A stretch of DNA of 64,000 nucleotides from Bacteroidota bacterium (GCA_023392945.1 JAEWNB010000136.1:3050-67049), one strand, 5' to 3'; shown: positions 30,677 through 42,541, counted from the stretch's first letter. The notes: generated by a model not told the origin, from the sequence alone. Made by a program: numbers and translations.

Positions 30677-31084
30677 TTACACCAATTGCGATATTTTTTT
30701 TAACAAATCAACCATTACTCTTTCAATCAACTTATAGTCAGGAATTACTTTTCCGACATAAACAAATAACAAGGCAACTCTATTAGTTACACCCGAGGTA
30801 GATGGCATAAGAACTTGCTTATTATTAAGACGATAGGATTCTCTGATAATTCTTTTAATTCTATTTCTATCTACTGCATTTTTAAAATTTCTTTTAGGTA
30901 CAGAAATTGCAATTTGATTGCATTCATTACCATCTTTAACCGGAACAAAAAGTGCATAGCACTTAATTGGATAAATAAAAAGCGAAGTTCCTTTAACAAT
31001 AATATTTTGAAGTAATGTTTTCGAAGTAATTCTCTCTTTCTTTTTGAAAGAAAGTGATGTTAAACTATCTTCTTCGGGTAGCAT
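30677..31084 (-). CDS. rnpA: ribonuclease P protein component
   Basis: 135 aa, basic. [17 protein letters not shown] is the RNR-type motif. Located directly upstream of yidD, the conserved order. Confidence 0.75.
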   Translation of the reverse strand: MLPEEDSLTSLSFKKKERITSKTLLQNIIVKGTSLFIYPIKCYALFVPVKDGNECNQIAISVPKRNFKNAVDRNRIKRIIRESYRLNNKQVLMPSTSGVTNRVALLFVYVGKVIPDYKLIERVMVDLLKKISQLV

Positions 31085-31829
31085 GATCTTTCAAAAAGAG
31101 TTCTATCGCAGCCGTAATTGAAGGCGCTTCATTTGTAGGAGCAACCACCTGCAACTCCCATCCATAGGTTTCAAATACAGAAGCAGTAGTATGGCCTAAT
31201 GCAGCAAAAACCATCTCTCCCTGAACAAAATCAGGGAAATTATGATGAAATGCCTGCACCCCTGAGGGGCTGAAAAAAACGATCATGTCATACTTCGTAA
31301 TATCTATATCTTTCTTAATATCGGCAGGAATAATATTGAATATGACAGCTTGTGTGAATTGAATTCCATTTTTTTCAAAAAATTCCACATATTGAGTTCC
31401 CATAGAATCTGAACCACAAGGAATCAAATACTTAAATTCTTTATTTTTCAAAAACAGGTCATACACACTAATCGGATTGCTATTTTTTACATAAAAAATC
31501 TTACGTTTTCTAAATTGAATATATTTTTGCAAATAATGGGCAACAGCTTCCGTAGTACAAAAATATTTCATAGATTCAGGAATATCAATCCTTAAATCCT
31601 TTACCAGATAAAAGAACTGATCGACCGTATTTTTACTGGAAAAAATGACGGCATCATGATTTAGAATATTGACTTTTGATTTTCTAAATTCGAGTCCTGA
31701 TACATTTTCGATCCTGAATAATTTATAAAAATCAATATTCACACTGTATTTTTTTGTCAATTCAGCATAAGGAGATTTGTCGAAATCAGCAGGTGCAAAT
31801 TGTGAAATTAAGATGTTTTTTATTTTCAT
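31065..31829 (-). CDS. uroporphyrinogen-III synthase (HemD-like)
   Basis: I prefer the start MKIKNILISQ (31829) over the track start at 31853. HemD-like two-lobe pattern. Adjacent to a DUF4271-type membrane gene, a pairing I recall as common in Bacteroidota. Confidence 0.6.
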   Translation of the reverse strand: MKIKNILISQFAPADFDKSPYAELTKKYSVNIDFYKLFRIENVSGLEFRKSKVNILNHDAVIFSSKNTVDQFFYLVKDLRIDIPESMKYFCTTEAVAHYLQKYIQFRKRKIFYVKNSNPISVYDLFLKNKEFKYLIPCGSDSMGTQYVEFFEKNGIQFTQAVIFNIIPADIKKDIDITKYDMIVFFSPSGVQAFHHNFPDFVQGEMVFAALGHTTASVFETYGWELQVVAPTNEAPSITAAIELFLKDHATRRR

Positions 31830-31858
31830 ATTAAAAATGCAATATTTTATCAATCATA

Positions 31859-32578
31859 TTAAAACAGCTGTTTTTCTATAAGAAAGAGCAATTTTACCAA
31901 CAAAGCATACGGCAAAATTTCAAACGTGCAAAAATAAATAAAAAAATGGAATGGATTGATTTTTTTTTGATTTAAAGTAAAAAGTCTATAGCACATTATT
32001 GTATAAGTGGCAATAAATACAACCAAATAAATAAACAAGAATTCCCTTATGCCGGTATATTTAACCAAAATCAAAACAGGAAAAAGCACTAAGCTGATCA
32101 GGGTATAATAGAAAATTTTATTCAAATAATAGCCGCTTCTTTCATCATTATACTCAAAGAGATAGGTGAAAATGTAAGCAACAAGCATTTTAAGAAAATA
32201 GTCTAATAATACGACACCAACTAAAATAAGATATAACAAAAAGGGTGCTACCGAATCAAATAAATTCGGAAAAAAACATTCGATTAAAAAATAGATCAGG
32301 AGTCCTTGTGTCAAAAAAATGATTAATAAAACAAAAAGATATATTCTTTCATTAAACAATTTTCCCTCATGTAACAATTGAGAAAAATGTCTTTGTGAAA
32401 AAAGAGCTTTAATCATCAAGACTATCTTTCTTCGATAAAAAAAGAAAACAAAAGACAACAGTAACAGAATAGCAAGGATGACAAAAGTAATCCAATTCGT
32501 TTGCACCACTATCCTTGGGGCAAAATTATCAGTTGCAGGTAACAAATGATTTGATAATAAGACCCAAAGAGTAATCAC
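31859..32578 (-). CDS. DUF4271-like polytopic membrane protein
   Basis: 239 aa with about six hydrophobic helices. Synteny with the hemD-like gene. Confidence 0.5.
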   Translation of the reverse strand: MITLWVLLSNHLLPATDNFAPRIVVQTNWITFVILAILLLLSFVFFFYRRKIVLMIKALFSQRHFSQLLHEGKLFNERIYLFVLLIIFLTQGLLIYFLIECFFPNLFDSVAPFLLYLILVGVVLLDYFLKMLVAYIFTYLFEYNDERSGYYLNKIFYYTLISLVLFPVLILVKYTGIREFLFIYLVVFIATYTIMCYRLFTLNQKKINPFHFFIYFCTFEILPYALLVKLLFLIEKQLF

Positions 32579-32610
32579 TTTAAAATTGCATTTTTAGAAA
32601 TACAGAAAAT

Positions 32611-33345
32611 TTATTTAACTATTAATTTTTTAGTTAACAGTGTTTTACCCCCTTGTTGAATAGAATAGAAATAAATACCCGGGGTGAAATCTGACAAATC
32701 AATTAAAACTTTGTCACTGGTATGAGCCAGAGGTGTAGAATATAAAGTAGCCCCCATCAAATTTTTCACTACTAAATCAGCAGAAGAAAAATGCGGCATA
32801 TTAATATCATATTTAACTGTAACAGATGAAGTTGCAGGGTTTGGATATGCTGAAAGAGAATAAGCTGCAGCATAGTTATTGGTTCCAACTTGGGAAACAA
32901 ATTTCATAATCAGGCTCGTTGATACAGTTGTATCAATCTGATCAAAGAAAGTATATTTGATAATAGTAGTTCCCAAGTTATTATCCGGAGAATAAATAAT
33001 ATGGAATGCAGCGGCAGGATCTTGAGCATGGGAAATAGTATCCCCGGGTTGAATATAAACCGGGTCTGCTGATTGATTACCACCATAACATTGATTGGCG
33101 AAACAAAAAACATTTGCCGTGCCTGCTACCACATATAATTCGGTTTTTTTCACCATCAAATCAATGACTGAATCTGTAAGATTGGCAACGTCAATATAAA
33201 AGTCATTCTCACTATTGACATTTCTAACTACAAGGGAGACAGTATCATTGTTGTTCCAGCTCACTCCATCCACCATAAGACGTAACGATTGTCCGTAGCC
33301 GGCAAAAACAACAAAAATTAACATAATTGTAAGTATCTTTTTCAT
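32611..33345 (-). CDS. T9SS type A sorting (C-terminal) domain-containing secreted protein
   Basis: 244 aa with a signal peptide. C-terminal LSAYPNPATSSVTVKY...GIYFYSIQ...KKLIVK matches the T9SS CTD pattern. Confidence 0.7.
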   Translation of the reverse strand: MKKILTIMLIFVVFAGYGQSLRLMVDGVSWNNNDTVSLVVRNVNSENDFYIDVANLTDSVIDLMVKKTELYVVAGTANVFCFANQCYGGNQSADPVYIQPGDTISHAQDPAAAFHIIYSPDNNLGTTIIKYTFFDQIDTTVSTSLIMKFVSQVGTNNYAAAYSLSAYPNPATSSVTVKYDINMPHFSSADLVVKNLMGATLYSTPLAHTSDKVLIDLSDFTPGIYFYSIQQGGKTLLTKKLIVK

Positions 33346-33438
33346 AATCTAATATTTTTATTCAACGCTAAAAAATTTTCAACAAAAATACAATAAAAAA
33401 GAATAACAATATCCAGAAAAAAAAGAGGATATAAAAAA

Positions 33439-34134
33439 TTAAATTCCCCAGATTTTCCGAAAAATAAGAGTGGTAGGTTCCGCTTCGACAGATATCAGCT
33501 GGTGGGTTATAGGATGTTCAAATTCGACTTTGCGGGCATGTAGACAAATGGAGCCATCTTCATTGGAACGATGTGCCCCATATTTCAAATCACCTTTAAT
33601 AATTGTATTATTAGCAGCAAGTTGAGCTCTGATTTGATGATGTCTTCCGGTTTGCAATATAATTTCCAACAAGGTATAACGCTCGGTTGAGCCTACTGTT
33701 TTATAGGAGAGTTCACACTTCTGATAGCCGGGTTTTTCAACAAAAGAAATAAATGATTTATTCAATTTCTCGTTTTTTACAATATAAGAAGAGAGGGTTT
33801 GCTCTTTTATTTCGGGAGGAAGTTCAACAATAGCCCAATATAACTTCTTAAATTTTCTATCTTTAATTAATTGGTTCATACGACTCAGTGCCTTGGATGT
33901 TTTGGTAAAAACCACCACACCGCTCACCGGTCTGTCAATACGATGAACCAAACCACAAAAAACATTATAAGGTTTTTGATACTTGATTTTCAAATAGTTC
34001 TTCACTTTATCTATCAGGGTAATATCGCCCGTTTTATCCCCTTGAACTATTTCACCGGCACGTTTATTGATAATAATAAGATGATTGTCTTCAAACAACA
34101 CTCTGCTTTGGATATCTTCAAGATAATTCATCAA
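33439..34134 (-). CDS. RluA family pseudouridine synthase
   Basis: 231 aa. HRIDRPVSGVVVF catalytic-Asp motif and a TGRHHQIR motif. Confidence 0.85.
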   Translation of the reverse strand: MMNYLEDIQSRVLFEDNHLIIINKRAGEIVQGDKTGDITLIDKVKNYLKIKYQKPYNVFCGLVHRIDRPVSGVVVFTKTSKALSRMNQLIKDRKFKKLYWAIVELPPEIKEQTLSSYIVKNEKLNKSFISFVEKPGYQKCELSYKTVGSTERYTLLEIILQTGRHHQIRAQLAANNTIIKGDLKYGAHRSNEDGSICLHARKVEFEHPITHQLISVEAEPTTLIFRKIWGI

Positions 34135-34143
34135 AAATTAATA

Positions 34144-34965
34144 TTAGTATTTTTCTTCATTATTCGGAAAATCTCCACTTTTGACATCCTCAATATAATG
34201 AGAAACAGAGTCTATAATTTCCTTAGAGAGGTTATGATATCTTCTTAAAAAGCGAGGTGAAAACTGTTGGGTAATTCCCATCATATCGTGAAAAACAAGA
34301 ACCTGTCCACTCACATGGGGACCGGCACCAATACCAATAGTAGGAATTGAAATGGAAGCGGTTACTTCTTTCGCAAGTGTAGCAGGAATCTTTTCAAGCA
34401 CAATAGCAAAACAACCGTGATTTTGAAGAATACGGGCATCTGACAATAGCTTATCAGCTTCTTTTTGGTCGGTTGCTCTCACAGAATAAGTTCCGAATTT
34501 ATTAATAGATTGAGGCATCAGTCCCAGGTGTCCCATAACCGGAATTCCGGCACACAAAATACGGTCCACAGACTCAGAGATTTCGACACCACCTTCCATT
34601 TTCACTGCATCTGCACCTGATTCTTTCATAATTCTGATAGCCGAGCAAAGCGCTTCTTTTGAATTTCCCTGATAGGTTCCAAAAGGCATATCGACCACTA
34701 CCAAGGCACGTTCAACGGCTCTCATCACAGAAGAAGCGTGATAGATCATTTCATTAAGAGTAATAGGCAAAGTGGTTTTATAGCCTGCCATCACATTGGC
34801 AGCAGAATCCCCAACAAGAATCACATCAATTTTGGATAAGTCCAGTAGCTTCGCCATCGAATAATCGTAAGCAGTGAGCATCGCAATATTTTCACCTTCG
34901 TCGCGCATTTTCTGCAAGATTTTGGTGGTAACCTTGTTTACATTCCTGTACAAATAATCTGCCAT
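34144..34965 (-). CDS. panB: 3-methyl-2-oxobutanoate hydroxymethyltransferase
   Basis: I prefer the start MADYLYRNV (34965). [20 protein letters not shown] and VKMEGG motifs are present. A TATTTTTG -7 box lies at plus-strand 34985-34992 (caaaaata). Confidence 0.95.
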   Translation of the reverse strand: MADYLYRNVNKVTTKILQKMRDEGENIAMLTAYDYSMAKLLDLSKIDVILVGDSAANVMAGYKTTLPITLNEMIYHASSVMRAVERALVVVDMPFGTYQGNSKEALCSAIRIMKESGADAVKMEGGVEISESVDRILCAGIPVMGHLGLMPQSINKFGTYSVRATDQKEADKLLSDARILQNHGCFAIVLEKIPATLAKEVTASISIPTIGIGAGPHVSGQVLVFHDMMGITQQFSPRFLRRYHNLSKEIIDSVSHYIEDVKSGDFPNNEEKY

Positions 34966-35013
34966 AACAATAAAATTTAATCGACAAAAATAGTAAAAAA
35001 ACAATCAATGGGG

Positions 35014-35053
35014 AAAAATAAAAAAACCTTATTTCCGTAATGAAATAAGGTTT
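35014..35053 (-). terminator. rho-independent terminator immediately after rpsS
   Basis: 11-bp stem aaccttatttc / gaaataaggtt (35025-35035 and 35042-35052). On the minus strand it is followed by a T-run (plus-strand A-run 35015-35026). It ends the shortened S10-type operon. Confidence 0.6.
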
Positions 35054-35106
35054 ATAAAACATTCGACCGACAAATATTGCCGATAAATCAGGACAAAAAG
35101 AAGAAA

Positions 35107-35385
35107 TTACTTTTTCCCTTTATCTTTCTGACCTGCATGACCTCTAAAAATACGTGTAGGAGAAAATTCACCCAATTTATGACCTACCATATTTTCGGTA
35201 ATATAAACAGGGATAAACTTATTTCCATTATGAACAGCAATATTTAAGCCAACAAAATCAGGGGTAATAACAGAAGCTCTGGACCAGGTTTTAAGAGTAA
35301 CTTTTTTTCCAGATTTTTGAGCTTCGAGAACTCTTTGTTCAAGTTTATAATGAATATAGGGACCTTTTTTTAATGAACGACTCAT
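35107..35385 (-). CDS. rpsS: 30S ribosomal protein S19
   Basis: 92 aa. [11 protein letters not shown]...[23 protein letters not shown]. Confidence 0.97.
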   Translation of the reverse strand: MSRSLKKGPYIHYKLEQRVLEAQKSGKKVTLKTWSRASVITPDFVGLNIAVHNGNKFIPVYITENMVGHKLGEFSPTRIFRGHAGQKDKGKK

Positions 35386-35405
35386 ACTTTTTTAATCTTT
35401 AAAAA

Positions 35406-36230
<825 letters not shown>

Positions 36231-36233
36231 TTT

Positions 36234-36524
36234 TTAAATACTACTATAAAAATCAATCTTTTCTTCTTTACTAACGAATACCATAGCTTTTTTCACAGTG
36301 TTCTTCTGTCCGGTAATCATACCTGCTTTGGTGTAGCGGGATGACTCTTTTCCTCTTTGTATTAAGGTATTTACCTGAAGGACTTTCACACCGTATAATT
36401 CTTCAACCTCTTTTTTAATTTGGGTTTTAGTAGCCGTTCTGACAACAATGAATCCATAGCGATTATATTTTTCCGCCATTTGGGTCATTTTTTCACTTAT
36501 AATGGGCTTTATTAATACGTTCAT
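36234..36524 (-). CDS. rplW: 50S ribosomal protein L23
   Basis: 96 aa. Position between L4 and L2; sequence typical of L23. Confidence 0.9.
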   Translation of the reverse strand: MNVLIKPIISEKMTQMAEKYNRYGFIVVRTATKTQIKKEVEELYGVKVLQVNTLIQRGKESSRYTKAGMITGQKNTVKKAMVFVSKEEKIDFYSSI

Positions 36525-36548
36525 TTCAATATAAATTATTAACGATTA

Positions 36549-37184
36549 TTATTCTTTTTCTCCTAACATTCTCTCAATGTCCGGAATACTGTTTTCGCAA
36601 ATAATAAGATTACTTGCATTCAATACGTCATAGGTATTTACGTCAGAAGCTCTGATAACTTTTGCACGTTTTAGATTTCTTGAAGAGATAAAAACATTTT
36701 GATTGGATTCATTGGCCAACAATAAAGTTTTTTTATCATCAAGATTAAAATGTTTCAAAATATCGAGATATGCTTTCGTTTTAGGAGTATCAAAGGCGAA
36801 ATCTTCAATAATGAGGATTTTATCTTCCTTTGCTTTGTATGAAAGAGCAGAAAATCTGGCAAGACGTTTGATTTTCTTATTCAGTTTAAAGCTATAATCT
36901 CTGGGATGAGGGCCGAAAACAGTAGCACCACCTCTGATAGTAGGAGATTTAATACTACCGGCACGAGCGCCTCCGGTTCCTTTTTGTTTTTTTAGCTTTC
37001 TGGTACTTCCGGAGATCGTAGATTTTTCCAAAGTATCGTGGGTTCCTTGTCTTTGATTGGCTAAATAATGTTTAACATCAAGCCAAATTGCGTGATCATT
37101 AGGTTCAACATTAAAGATTGAATCGTTTAATGTAACCGATTTTGTAGATTCACTTCCGTCTATTTTATATACTTTTAACTCCAT
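36549..37184 (-). CDS. rplD: 50S ribosomal protein L4
   Basis: 211 aa. [17 protein letters not shown] motif. Overlaps the rplC end by 10 nt. Confidence 0.95.
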   Translation of the reverse strand: MELKVYKIDGSESTKSVTLNDSIFNVEPNDHAIWLDVKHYLANQRQGTHDTLEKSTISGSTRKLKKQKGTGGARAGSIKSPTIRGGATVFGPHPRDYSFKLNKKIKRLARFSALSYKAKEDKILIIEDFAFDTPKTKAYLDILKHFNLDDKKTLLLANESNQNVFISSRNLKRAKVIRASDVNTYDVLNASNLIICENSIPDIERMLGEKE

Positions 37185-37804
37185 CTTTCAATAATTATAT
37201 ATGAACCACTAGGTCCTGGAACGGAACCTTTAACTAAAATCAAATTTTTTTCTTGTACAATTTTCAAGATTTGGAGATTGATCATTTTAACTTTATCTCC
37301 TCCGGTTCTTCCTGCCATACGCATTCCCGGCATAACTCTTGAAGGCCATGAAGAAGCACCTAAAGAACCAGGAGCTCTAAGCCTGTTATGTTGACCGTGA
37401 GTAGAGTCGCCAACACCACGAAAATGGTGACGTTTCACAACCCCTTGAAAGCCTTTCCCTTTGGAAACACCGCTAACATCAACAAATTCACCTTCAATGA
37501 AAATAGTAACATCCAGAATATCTCCGAAATATTTTCTATGACCTGCTTCAAAACGGGTAAATTCTTTTAAGATTTTCTTTGGGGTTATCCCTGCTTTTGC
37601 AAAGTGACCCATCAATGGCTTAGATGTCTTGCTTTCTTTCTTTTCATCATAAGCCAATTGGATCGCTTCATAACCATCTTTCTCGATGGTTTTAACTTGC
37701 GTAACAACGCAAGGACCAGCTTCCAACACCGTGCATGGAATTATCTTTCCATTGGCACCATAGATGCTAGTCATACCAATTTTTTTTCCTATTAATCCAG
37801 ACAT
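37175..37804 (-). CDS. rplC: 50S ribosomal protein L3
   Basis: 209 aa. [13 protein letters not shown]...[13 protein letters not shown]. Confidence 0.97.
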   Translation of the reverse strand: MSGLIGKKIGMTSIYGANGKIIPCTVLEAGPCVVTQVKTIEKDGYEAIQLAYDEKKESKTSKPLMGHFAKAGITPKKILKEFTRFEAGHRKYFGDILDVTIFIEGEFVDVSGVSKGKGFQGVVKRHHFRGVGDSTHGQHNRLRAPGSLGASSWPSRVMPGMRMAGRTGGDKVKMINLQILKIVQEKNLILVKGSVPGPSGSYIIIERWS

Positions 37805-37936
37805 TTTTTGATTTGATTTATAATATTTATACTGTCTTTTTTCAATTTAAGTTTTTAGGACTTTCCTCACAACTTTCTAAAAATAAACATTTTGAACTAC
37901 TTCTCCAACAATCCTTTGTTCATAATAAAAAGTCGG

Positions 37937-37944
37937 CAAATATA
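37937..37944 (-). promoter_or_regulatory. -7 promoter box (TATATTTG on the minus strand) for the rplC operon, inside the left arm of a 19-bp inverted repeat
   Basis: Plus-strand caaatata is TATATTTG on the minus strand. It is embedded in AAAAAGTCGGCAAATATAC (37927-37945). Confidence 0.5.
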
Positions 37945-38141
37945 CAAAATTATTTATACATAATACTCTATGCATCGATTTTGATTTTTTTTTATTCATT
38001 CCGGTTAATCATATATAATAATATTGTATAAAACAAAATGAAAGATGTTCCCCAAAAATAAAAACAAGCAGAAATCTTCTATTGTTGAAATAAAAAAATA
38101 AAAAAAATAACTCAAGTTGCGATTTATATAAAAAATAAATG

Positions 38142-38149
38142 TACATTTG
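38142..38149 (+). promoter_or_regulatory. -7 promoter box (TACATTTG) for the rpmD-rplQ operon, inside the right arm of the same inverted repeat
   Basis: GTACATTTGCCGACTTTTT (38141-38159) is the reverse complement of 37927-37945 with 1 mismatch. Confidence 0.5.
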
Positions 38150-38363
38150 CCGACTTTTTGAAGTGAAATAAGTTAAAAGTACAAAGAGCTCAGAGAACAA
38201 ACGCAACTACTTGATTTCACGGACTATATAAAAAACAGATGGAACAGTGCAGGGGAATTCTTAATAGTTTAATGTGAAAAAAATAGGTTGCAATTAATAC
38301 AAAATGATTGCAATTTGTATTTTATGGAGAAAAAAAAGTGAAATATATACATATTATAATAGG

Positions 38364-38543
38364 ATGAAAAAGATTAAAATTACCCAAGTTAGAAGTGCTA
38401 TTGACAGACCGGCACGCCAAAAAAGATCACTTCAGGCATTAGGTCTGAAAAAAATGCATCATTCAGTTGAACACAATGCTACTCCTCAAATTTTAGGAAT
38501 TGTTGATTCCATTAAACATTTGTTGCAGACAGAAGAAATTTAA
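38364..38543 (+). CDS. rpmD: 50S ribosomal protein L30
   Basis: Internal start of the track ORF. MKKIKITQVRSAIDRPARQKRSLQALGLKK... (59 aa). Confidence 0.93.
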   Translation: MKKIKITQVRSAIDRPARQKRSLQALGLKKMHHSVEHNATPQILGIVDSIKHLLQTEEI

Positions 38544-38577
38544 CCCGATTATTAATCAGTATTTGAAATTAGATAAG

Positions 38578-39066
38578 ATGAATTTAAACAGTTTGAAACC
38601 AGCTGAAAGAGCTACAAAAGCATCAAAAAGAATTGGTAGAGGTCAAGGTTCCGGAAAAGGTGGAACTTCTACAAAAGGACACAAAGGAGCACAATCCAGA
38701 TCCGGATACAGTCGTAAAATCGGATTTGAAGGTGGTCAGATGCCTATTTACAGATTATTACCTAAAAGAGGATTCAAAAATATTAACAGAGTTGAATACA
38801 ATGCCATTAACCTTAGCACACTTCAAACCTTAGCTGAGAAATTAAAAGTTACGGAAATCAATCCTGAAACTCTTATTAATCATGGCTTATTGAAGAAAAA
38901 AGATCTTGTTAAAATCCTGGGAAAAGGTACCTTAACAGAAAAATTAGTCGTTACGGCTCATGCTTTCTCTAAAACAGCTCAGGAAGCTATCGAAAAAGCA
39001 GGAGGAAAAGCTAACCTGATCACTATTTCGAAAAAAGAAGAAACCGTTGAGGTAGAAACTATCTAA
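38578..39066 (+). CDS. rplO: 50S ribosomal protein L15
   Basis: Internal start of the track ORF. MNLNSLKPAERATKASKRIGRGQGSGKGGTSTKGHKG... Confidence 0.95.
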   Translation: MNLNSLKPAERATKASKRIGRGQGSGKGGTSTKGHKGAQSRSGYSRKIGFEGGQMPIYRLLPKRGFKNINRVEYNAINLSTLQTLAEKLKVTEINPETLINHGLLKKKDLVKILGKGTLTEKLVVTAHAFSKTAQEAIEKAGGKANLITISKKEETVEVETI

Positions 39067-39108
39067 AAACTACAATAAGGGAAACATTGACACAAAATTA
39101 TAACACGT

Positions 39109-40452
39109 ATGAAAAATTTCTTTGAAACTTTTAAAAACATATACAAAATTGAAGAATTACGTCAGCGGATTCTTTATACGTTATTAATTATTTTAATTTA
39201 CCGTCTGGGTTCCCATATTGTTCTTCCGGGGATCAATCCTGCCTCTTTAGGTGAATTTACCAAAGCTACTCAAGAGGGGTTGCTCGGAATGTTAGACCTG
39301 TTTTCAGGTGGTGCATTTTCAAACGCATCCATTTTTGCATTGGGAATTATGCCCTATATCTCTGCCTCTATCGTGATTCAATTGATGACTTTAGCTGTTC
39401 CTTATTTTCAGAGACTTCAGAAGGAAGGCGACAGTGGAAGAAAGAAAATTAACCAGCTTACCCGTTATCTTACCGTAGCCGTTGTTGCAATTCAGGCCCC
39501 TGCATATATTGCCAATATTCAAAATCAATTTTCCGGCGCAGTTTCAGAAACTATGCTCAATACGTCAATTCTTGGATTTTCGGCATTTTCGCTCACCTCT
39601 TTTATTCTGCTGATTGGAGGCACCCTGTTTATTATGTGGTTGGGTGAAAGAATTACGGATAAAGGAATTGGAAATGGTATTTCTCTTATCATTATGATTG
39701 GTATCATTGCCCGTTTTCCCTACGCTATTAAAGCAGAATTTATCTCTCGTATCGGAGAAATGAACGGAGGCCCGATTATTTTCATCATTGAGATTGTGAT
39801 GCTGATGGCGGTTATCAGTGTTTGTATTTTACTTGTTCAAGGAACCAGAAGAATTCCGATTCAATATGCTAAAAGAATTGTCGGCAATAAACAATATGGC
39901 GGTGTCAGAAACTTCTTACCTCTTAAAGTAAATGCTGCAGGAGTTATGCCCATCATTTTTGCTCAGGCTATCATGTTCCTCCCTTTAACTTTTGTCTCTA
40001 TCACAGAACAATCTACCGGAGGTTTTTGGAAAAGTTTTATTGACTATAACGGATTTGGATACAATGCAGTTTTCTTTATCATGATTATTGCTTTTACCTA
40101 TTTTTATACGGCAATTACCATTAACCCAAGCCAGATTGCTGAAGATTTGAAGAAAAACGGAGGTTTTATTCCCGGCACAAAACCAGGCAAACAGACTTCC
40201 CAGCTTATTGATGAAATCATGTCAAAGATTACTTTGCCGGGCTCAATATTCCTTGGAATAGTTGCCATATTACCTGCTATCATCAGATTGTTTGGAGTAA
40301 ATCAACAATTTGCACAGTTCTTCGGAGGTACTTCTTTGTTGATTATGGTAGGAGTTGTTCTGGATACATTACAACAAATTGACAGCCATTTGAAAATGAG
40401 AAATTATGAAGGTTTGTCAAGAAGCGGAAGATTTAAAGGGCGTACTTTATAA
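39109..40452 (+). CDS. secY: preprotein translocase subunit SecY
   Basis: 447 aa with 10 TM segments. ALGIMPYISASIVIQL motif. Operon position after rplO. Confidence 0.97.
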   Translation: MKNFFETFKNIYKIEELRQRILYTLLIILIYRLGSHIVLPGINPASLGEFTKATQEGLLGMLDLFSGGAFSNASIFALGIMPYISASIVIQLMTLAVPYFQRLQKEGDSGRKKINQLTRYLTVAVVAIQAPAYIANIQNQFSGAVSETMLNTSILGFSAFSLTSFILLIGGTLFIMWLGERITDKGIGNGISLIIMIGIIARFPYAIKAEFISRIGEMNGGPIIFIIEIVMLMAVISVCILLVQGTRRIPIQYAKRIVGNKQYGGVRNFLPLKVNAAGVMPIIFAQAIMFLPLTFVSITEQSTGGFWKSFIDYNGFGYNAVFFIMIIAFTYFYTAITINPSQIAEDLKKNGGFIPGTKPGKQTSQLIDEIMSKITLPGSIFLGIVAILPAIIRLFGVNQQFAQFFGGTSLLIMVGVVLDTLQQIDSHLKMRNYEGLSRSGRFKGRTL

Positions 40453-40457
40453 TAGAA

Positions 40458-41249
40458 ATGTTCAATAAGATAAAATTAAAAACGGATTCTGAAATAGAAT
40501 TAATAAAAATAAGTTCTTTGCTTGTTGGTAAAACGCTTGCCGAAGTTGCCAAGATGATCAAACCGGGAGTTCCGCTTACATACCTGGATAAAATTGCAGA
40601 AGAGTATATAAGAGATCATCAAGCAGTTCCATCTTTTAAAGGGTATGATGGCTATCCTGCATCGGTCTGTTTATCAGTTAATGATGTGGTGGTTCACGGC
40701 ATCCCGAATAATTCTGTACTGAATGAAGGAGATATTATCTCGGTTGATTGCGGAGTTTATAAAGATGGATTTCACGGAGACTACGCCTATACTTTTGCTG
40801 TCGGAGAGATTTCCGAAGAAAAAAGGCTCCTGATAAAGCGCACAAAAGAGTCTTTATACAAAGCCATCGATGTTGCGGTGAAAGGAAATAGAACGGGAGA
40901 CATTGGACATACGGTTCAGAGCTACGTGGAATCATTCGGATACGGAGTAGTCAGAGAATTATGCGGACATGGGATTGGAAAGGATATGCACGAGAAACCG
41001 GATGTTCTCAACTACGGAAAGCCGCACACAGGAGATTTGCTCCGCGAAGGAATGGTAATCTGTATAGAGCCTATGATCAATCTGAAATCTCCCAGAGTCT
41101 TTATGGAAAAGGATCACTGGACAATCAGGACCATAGACGGAAAACCCTCAGCGCACTTTGAGCATCAGTTGGCGATAACATCAAAAGGGACAGAAGTTTT
41201 ATCAACATACGAATATATAGAAGAAGTATTAGGGAATAAAGTAATATAA
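40458..41249 (+). CDS. map: type I methionine aminopeptidase
   Basis: 263 aa. [25 protein letters not shown] and GHGIG motifs. Confidence 0.95.
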   Translation: MFNKIKLKTDSEIELIKISSLLVGKTLAEVAKMIKPGVPLTYLDKIAEEYIRDHQAVPSFKGYDGYPASVCLSVNDVVVHGIPNNSVLNEGDIISVDCGVYKDGFHGDYAYTFAVGEISEEKRLLIKRTKESLYKAIDVAVKGNRTGDIGHTVQSYVESFGYGVVRELCGHGIGKDMHEKPDVLNYGKPHTGDLLREGMVICIEPMINLKSPRVFMEKDHWTIRTIDGKPSAHFEHQLAITSKGTEVLSTYEYIEEVLGNKVI

Positions 41250-41262
41250 AAAGAAAAAAAGT

Positions 41263-41484
41263 ATGGCAAAACAATCCTCCATTGAACTAGACGGCGTAGT
41301 TATCGAATCTCTCGGTAACGCTATGTTCCGTGTTCAACTTGAAAATGGGCATGTCATCACAGCTCATATTTCAGGTAAGATGAGATTGCATTATATCAAA
41401 ATATTGCCGGGAGATAAAGTTCAGGTGGAAATGTCCCCCTACGACTTAAGCAAAGGCAGAATTACATTCAGACATAAATCATAA
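41263..41484 (+). CDS. infA: translation initiation factor IF-1
   Basis: 73 aa. [29 protein letters not shown]. Confidence 0.97.
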   Translation: MAKQSSIELDGVVIESLGNAMFRVQLENGHVITAHISGKMRLHYIKILPGDKVQVEMSPYDLSKGRITFRHKS

Positions 41485-41499
41485 AAAATATAAAGGAAA

Positions 41500-41616
41500 A
41501 TGAAAGTCAGAGCATCAGTCAAGAAAAGAACAGAAGATTGCATCATTGTGAGAAGAAAAGGTGTAGTCTATGTAATTAACAAGAAAAATCCTAAATTTAA
41601 ACAACGTCAGGGATAA
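41500..41616 (+). CDS. rpmJ: 50S ribosomal protein L36
   Basis: Below the ORF-track size cut-off. My translation is [38 protein letters not shown] (38 aa). Confidence 0.93.
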   Translation: MKVRASVKKRTEDCIIVRRKGVVYVINKKNPKFKQRQG

Positions 41617-41648
41617 TCATTAACAACAAATAAAACAGATAAAAAAGT

Positions 41649-42023
41649 ATGGCAAGAATTGCAGGTATAGATTTACCAAAAAACAAAAGAGGGGAAATCG
41701 GTTTGACATACATCTACGGTATTGGTAGAAGTACGGCTCAAAAGATACTTAATAAAGCCGGCATTAGCTGGGATAAAAAGGTAAGCGAATGGAATGATGA
41801 TGAATTATCAGCAATCCGTGGACTTATAAATGAAATCAAAGTTGAGGGAGCATTACGTTCAGAAACTCAAATGAACATCAAAAGGTTAATGGATATTGGC
41901 TGTTACAGAGGAATTCGTCACCGTCTTGGGTTACCGCTTCGTGGACAGAGCACAAAAAATAATGCCCGTACAAGAAAGGGACGTAAAAAGACTGTTGCAA
42001 ACAAGAAGAAAGCAACTAAATAA
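41649..42023 (+). CDS. rpsM: 30S ribosomal protein S13
   Basis: 124 aa. [14 protein letters not shown]... Confidence 0.97.
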   Translation: MARIAGIDLPKNKRGEIGLTYIYGIGRSTAQKILNKAGISWDKKVSEWNDDELSAIRGLINEIKVEGALRSETQMNIKRLMDIGCYRGIRHRLGLPLRGQSTKNNARTRKGRKKTVANKKKATK

Positions 42024-42059
42024 TAATTAACTGAATCTGGGAAGAGAAAATATAAAGTT

Positions 42060-42449
42060 ATGGCAAAAAATACAAAAACAACCAAAAAGAAAGTTGTAAG
42101 AATAGATGCAGTAGGAAAAGCTTTTGTTTACGCATCTTTCAATAATGTAATCATATCCCTTACCAACAATGACGGACAGGTTATTTCATGGTCATCTTCC
42201 GGTAAGATGGGATTTAGAGGGTCTAAAAAGAATACCCCTTATGCTGCACAAATGGCCGCACAAGATTGTTCCAAAGTGGCTTATGATCTTGGATTAAGAA
42301 AAGTAAAAGTGTTTGTTAAAGGCCCCGGTGGTGGCAGGGAATCTGCTATCCGTACTATTCACTCATCAGGTATTATGGTAGAAGAGATTGTGGATGTTAC
42401 TCCTCTTCCACATAATGGCTGTCGTCCACCTAAACGTCGTAGAGTTTAA
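42060..42449 (+). CDS. rpsK: 30S ribosomal protein S11
   Basis: 129 aa. ...[16 protein letters not shown]. Confidence 0.97.
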   Translation: MAKNTKTTKKKVVRIDAVGKAFVYASFNNVIISLTNNDGQVISWSSSGKMGFRGSKKNTPYAAQMAAQDCSKVAYDLGLRKVKVFVKGPGGGRESAIRTIHSSGIMVEEIVDVTPLPHNGCRPPKRRRV

Positions 42450-42541
42450 TAGTCATTAATCAAGGCAATCATAATAGATTAATATGATAGAGCCAACAAA
42501 AAACAAACAATAAAAAAAAACAAAGAAAATTTAAGATAGTT

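Noticed and set aside
30677-31084. 20-nt overlap between the hemD-like stop and the rnpA start, and absence of rpmH/yidC around rnpA-yidD
   Set aside because: Short overlaps and dispersal of the rpmH-rnpA-yidD-yidC group occur in many genomes. I have no evidence of anything beyond ordinary gene packing.
37813-38206. ORFs 37813..38031 (+) and 38009..38206 (-) in the rplC/rpmD spacer
   Set aside because: Their translations are AT-rich low-complexity sequence (runs of F, I, L, Y, K). The region is better explained as divergent promoters and leaders. I also looked for rpsJ remnants there and found none.
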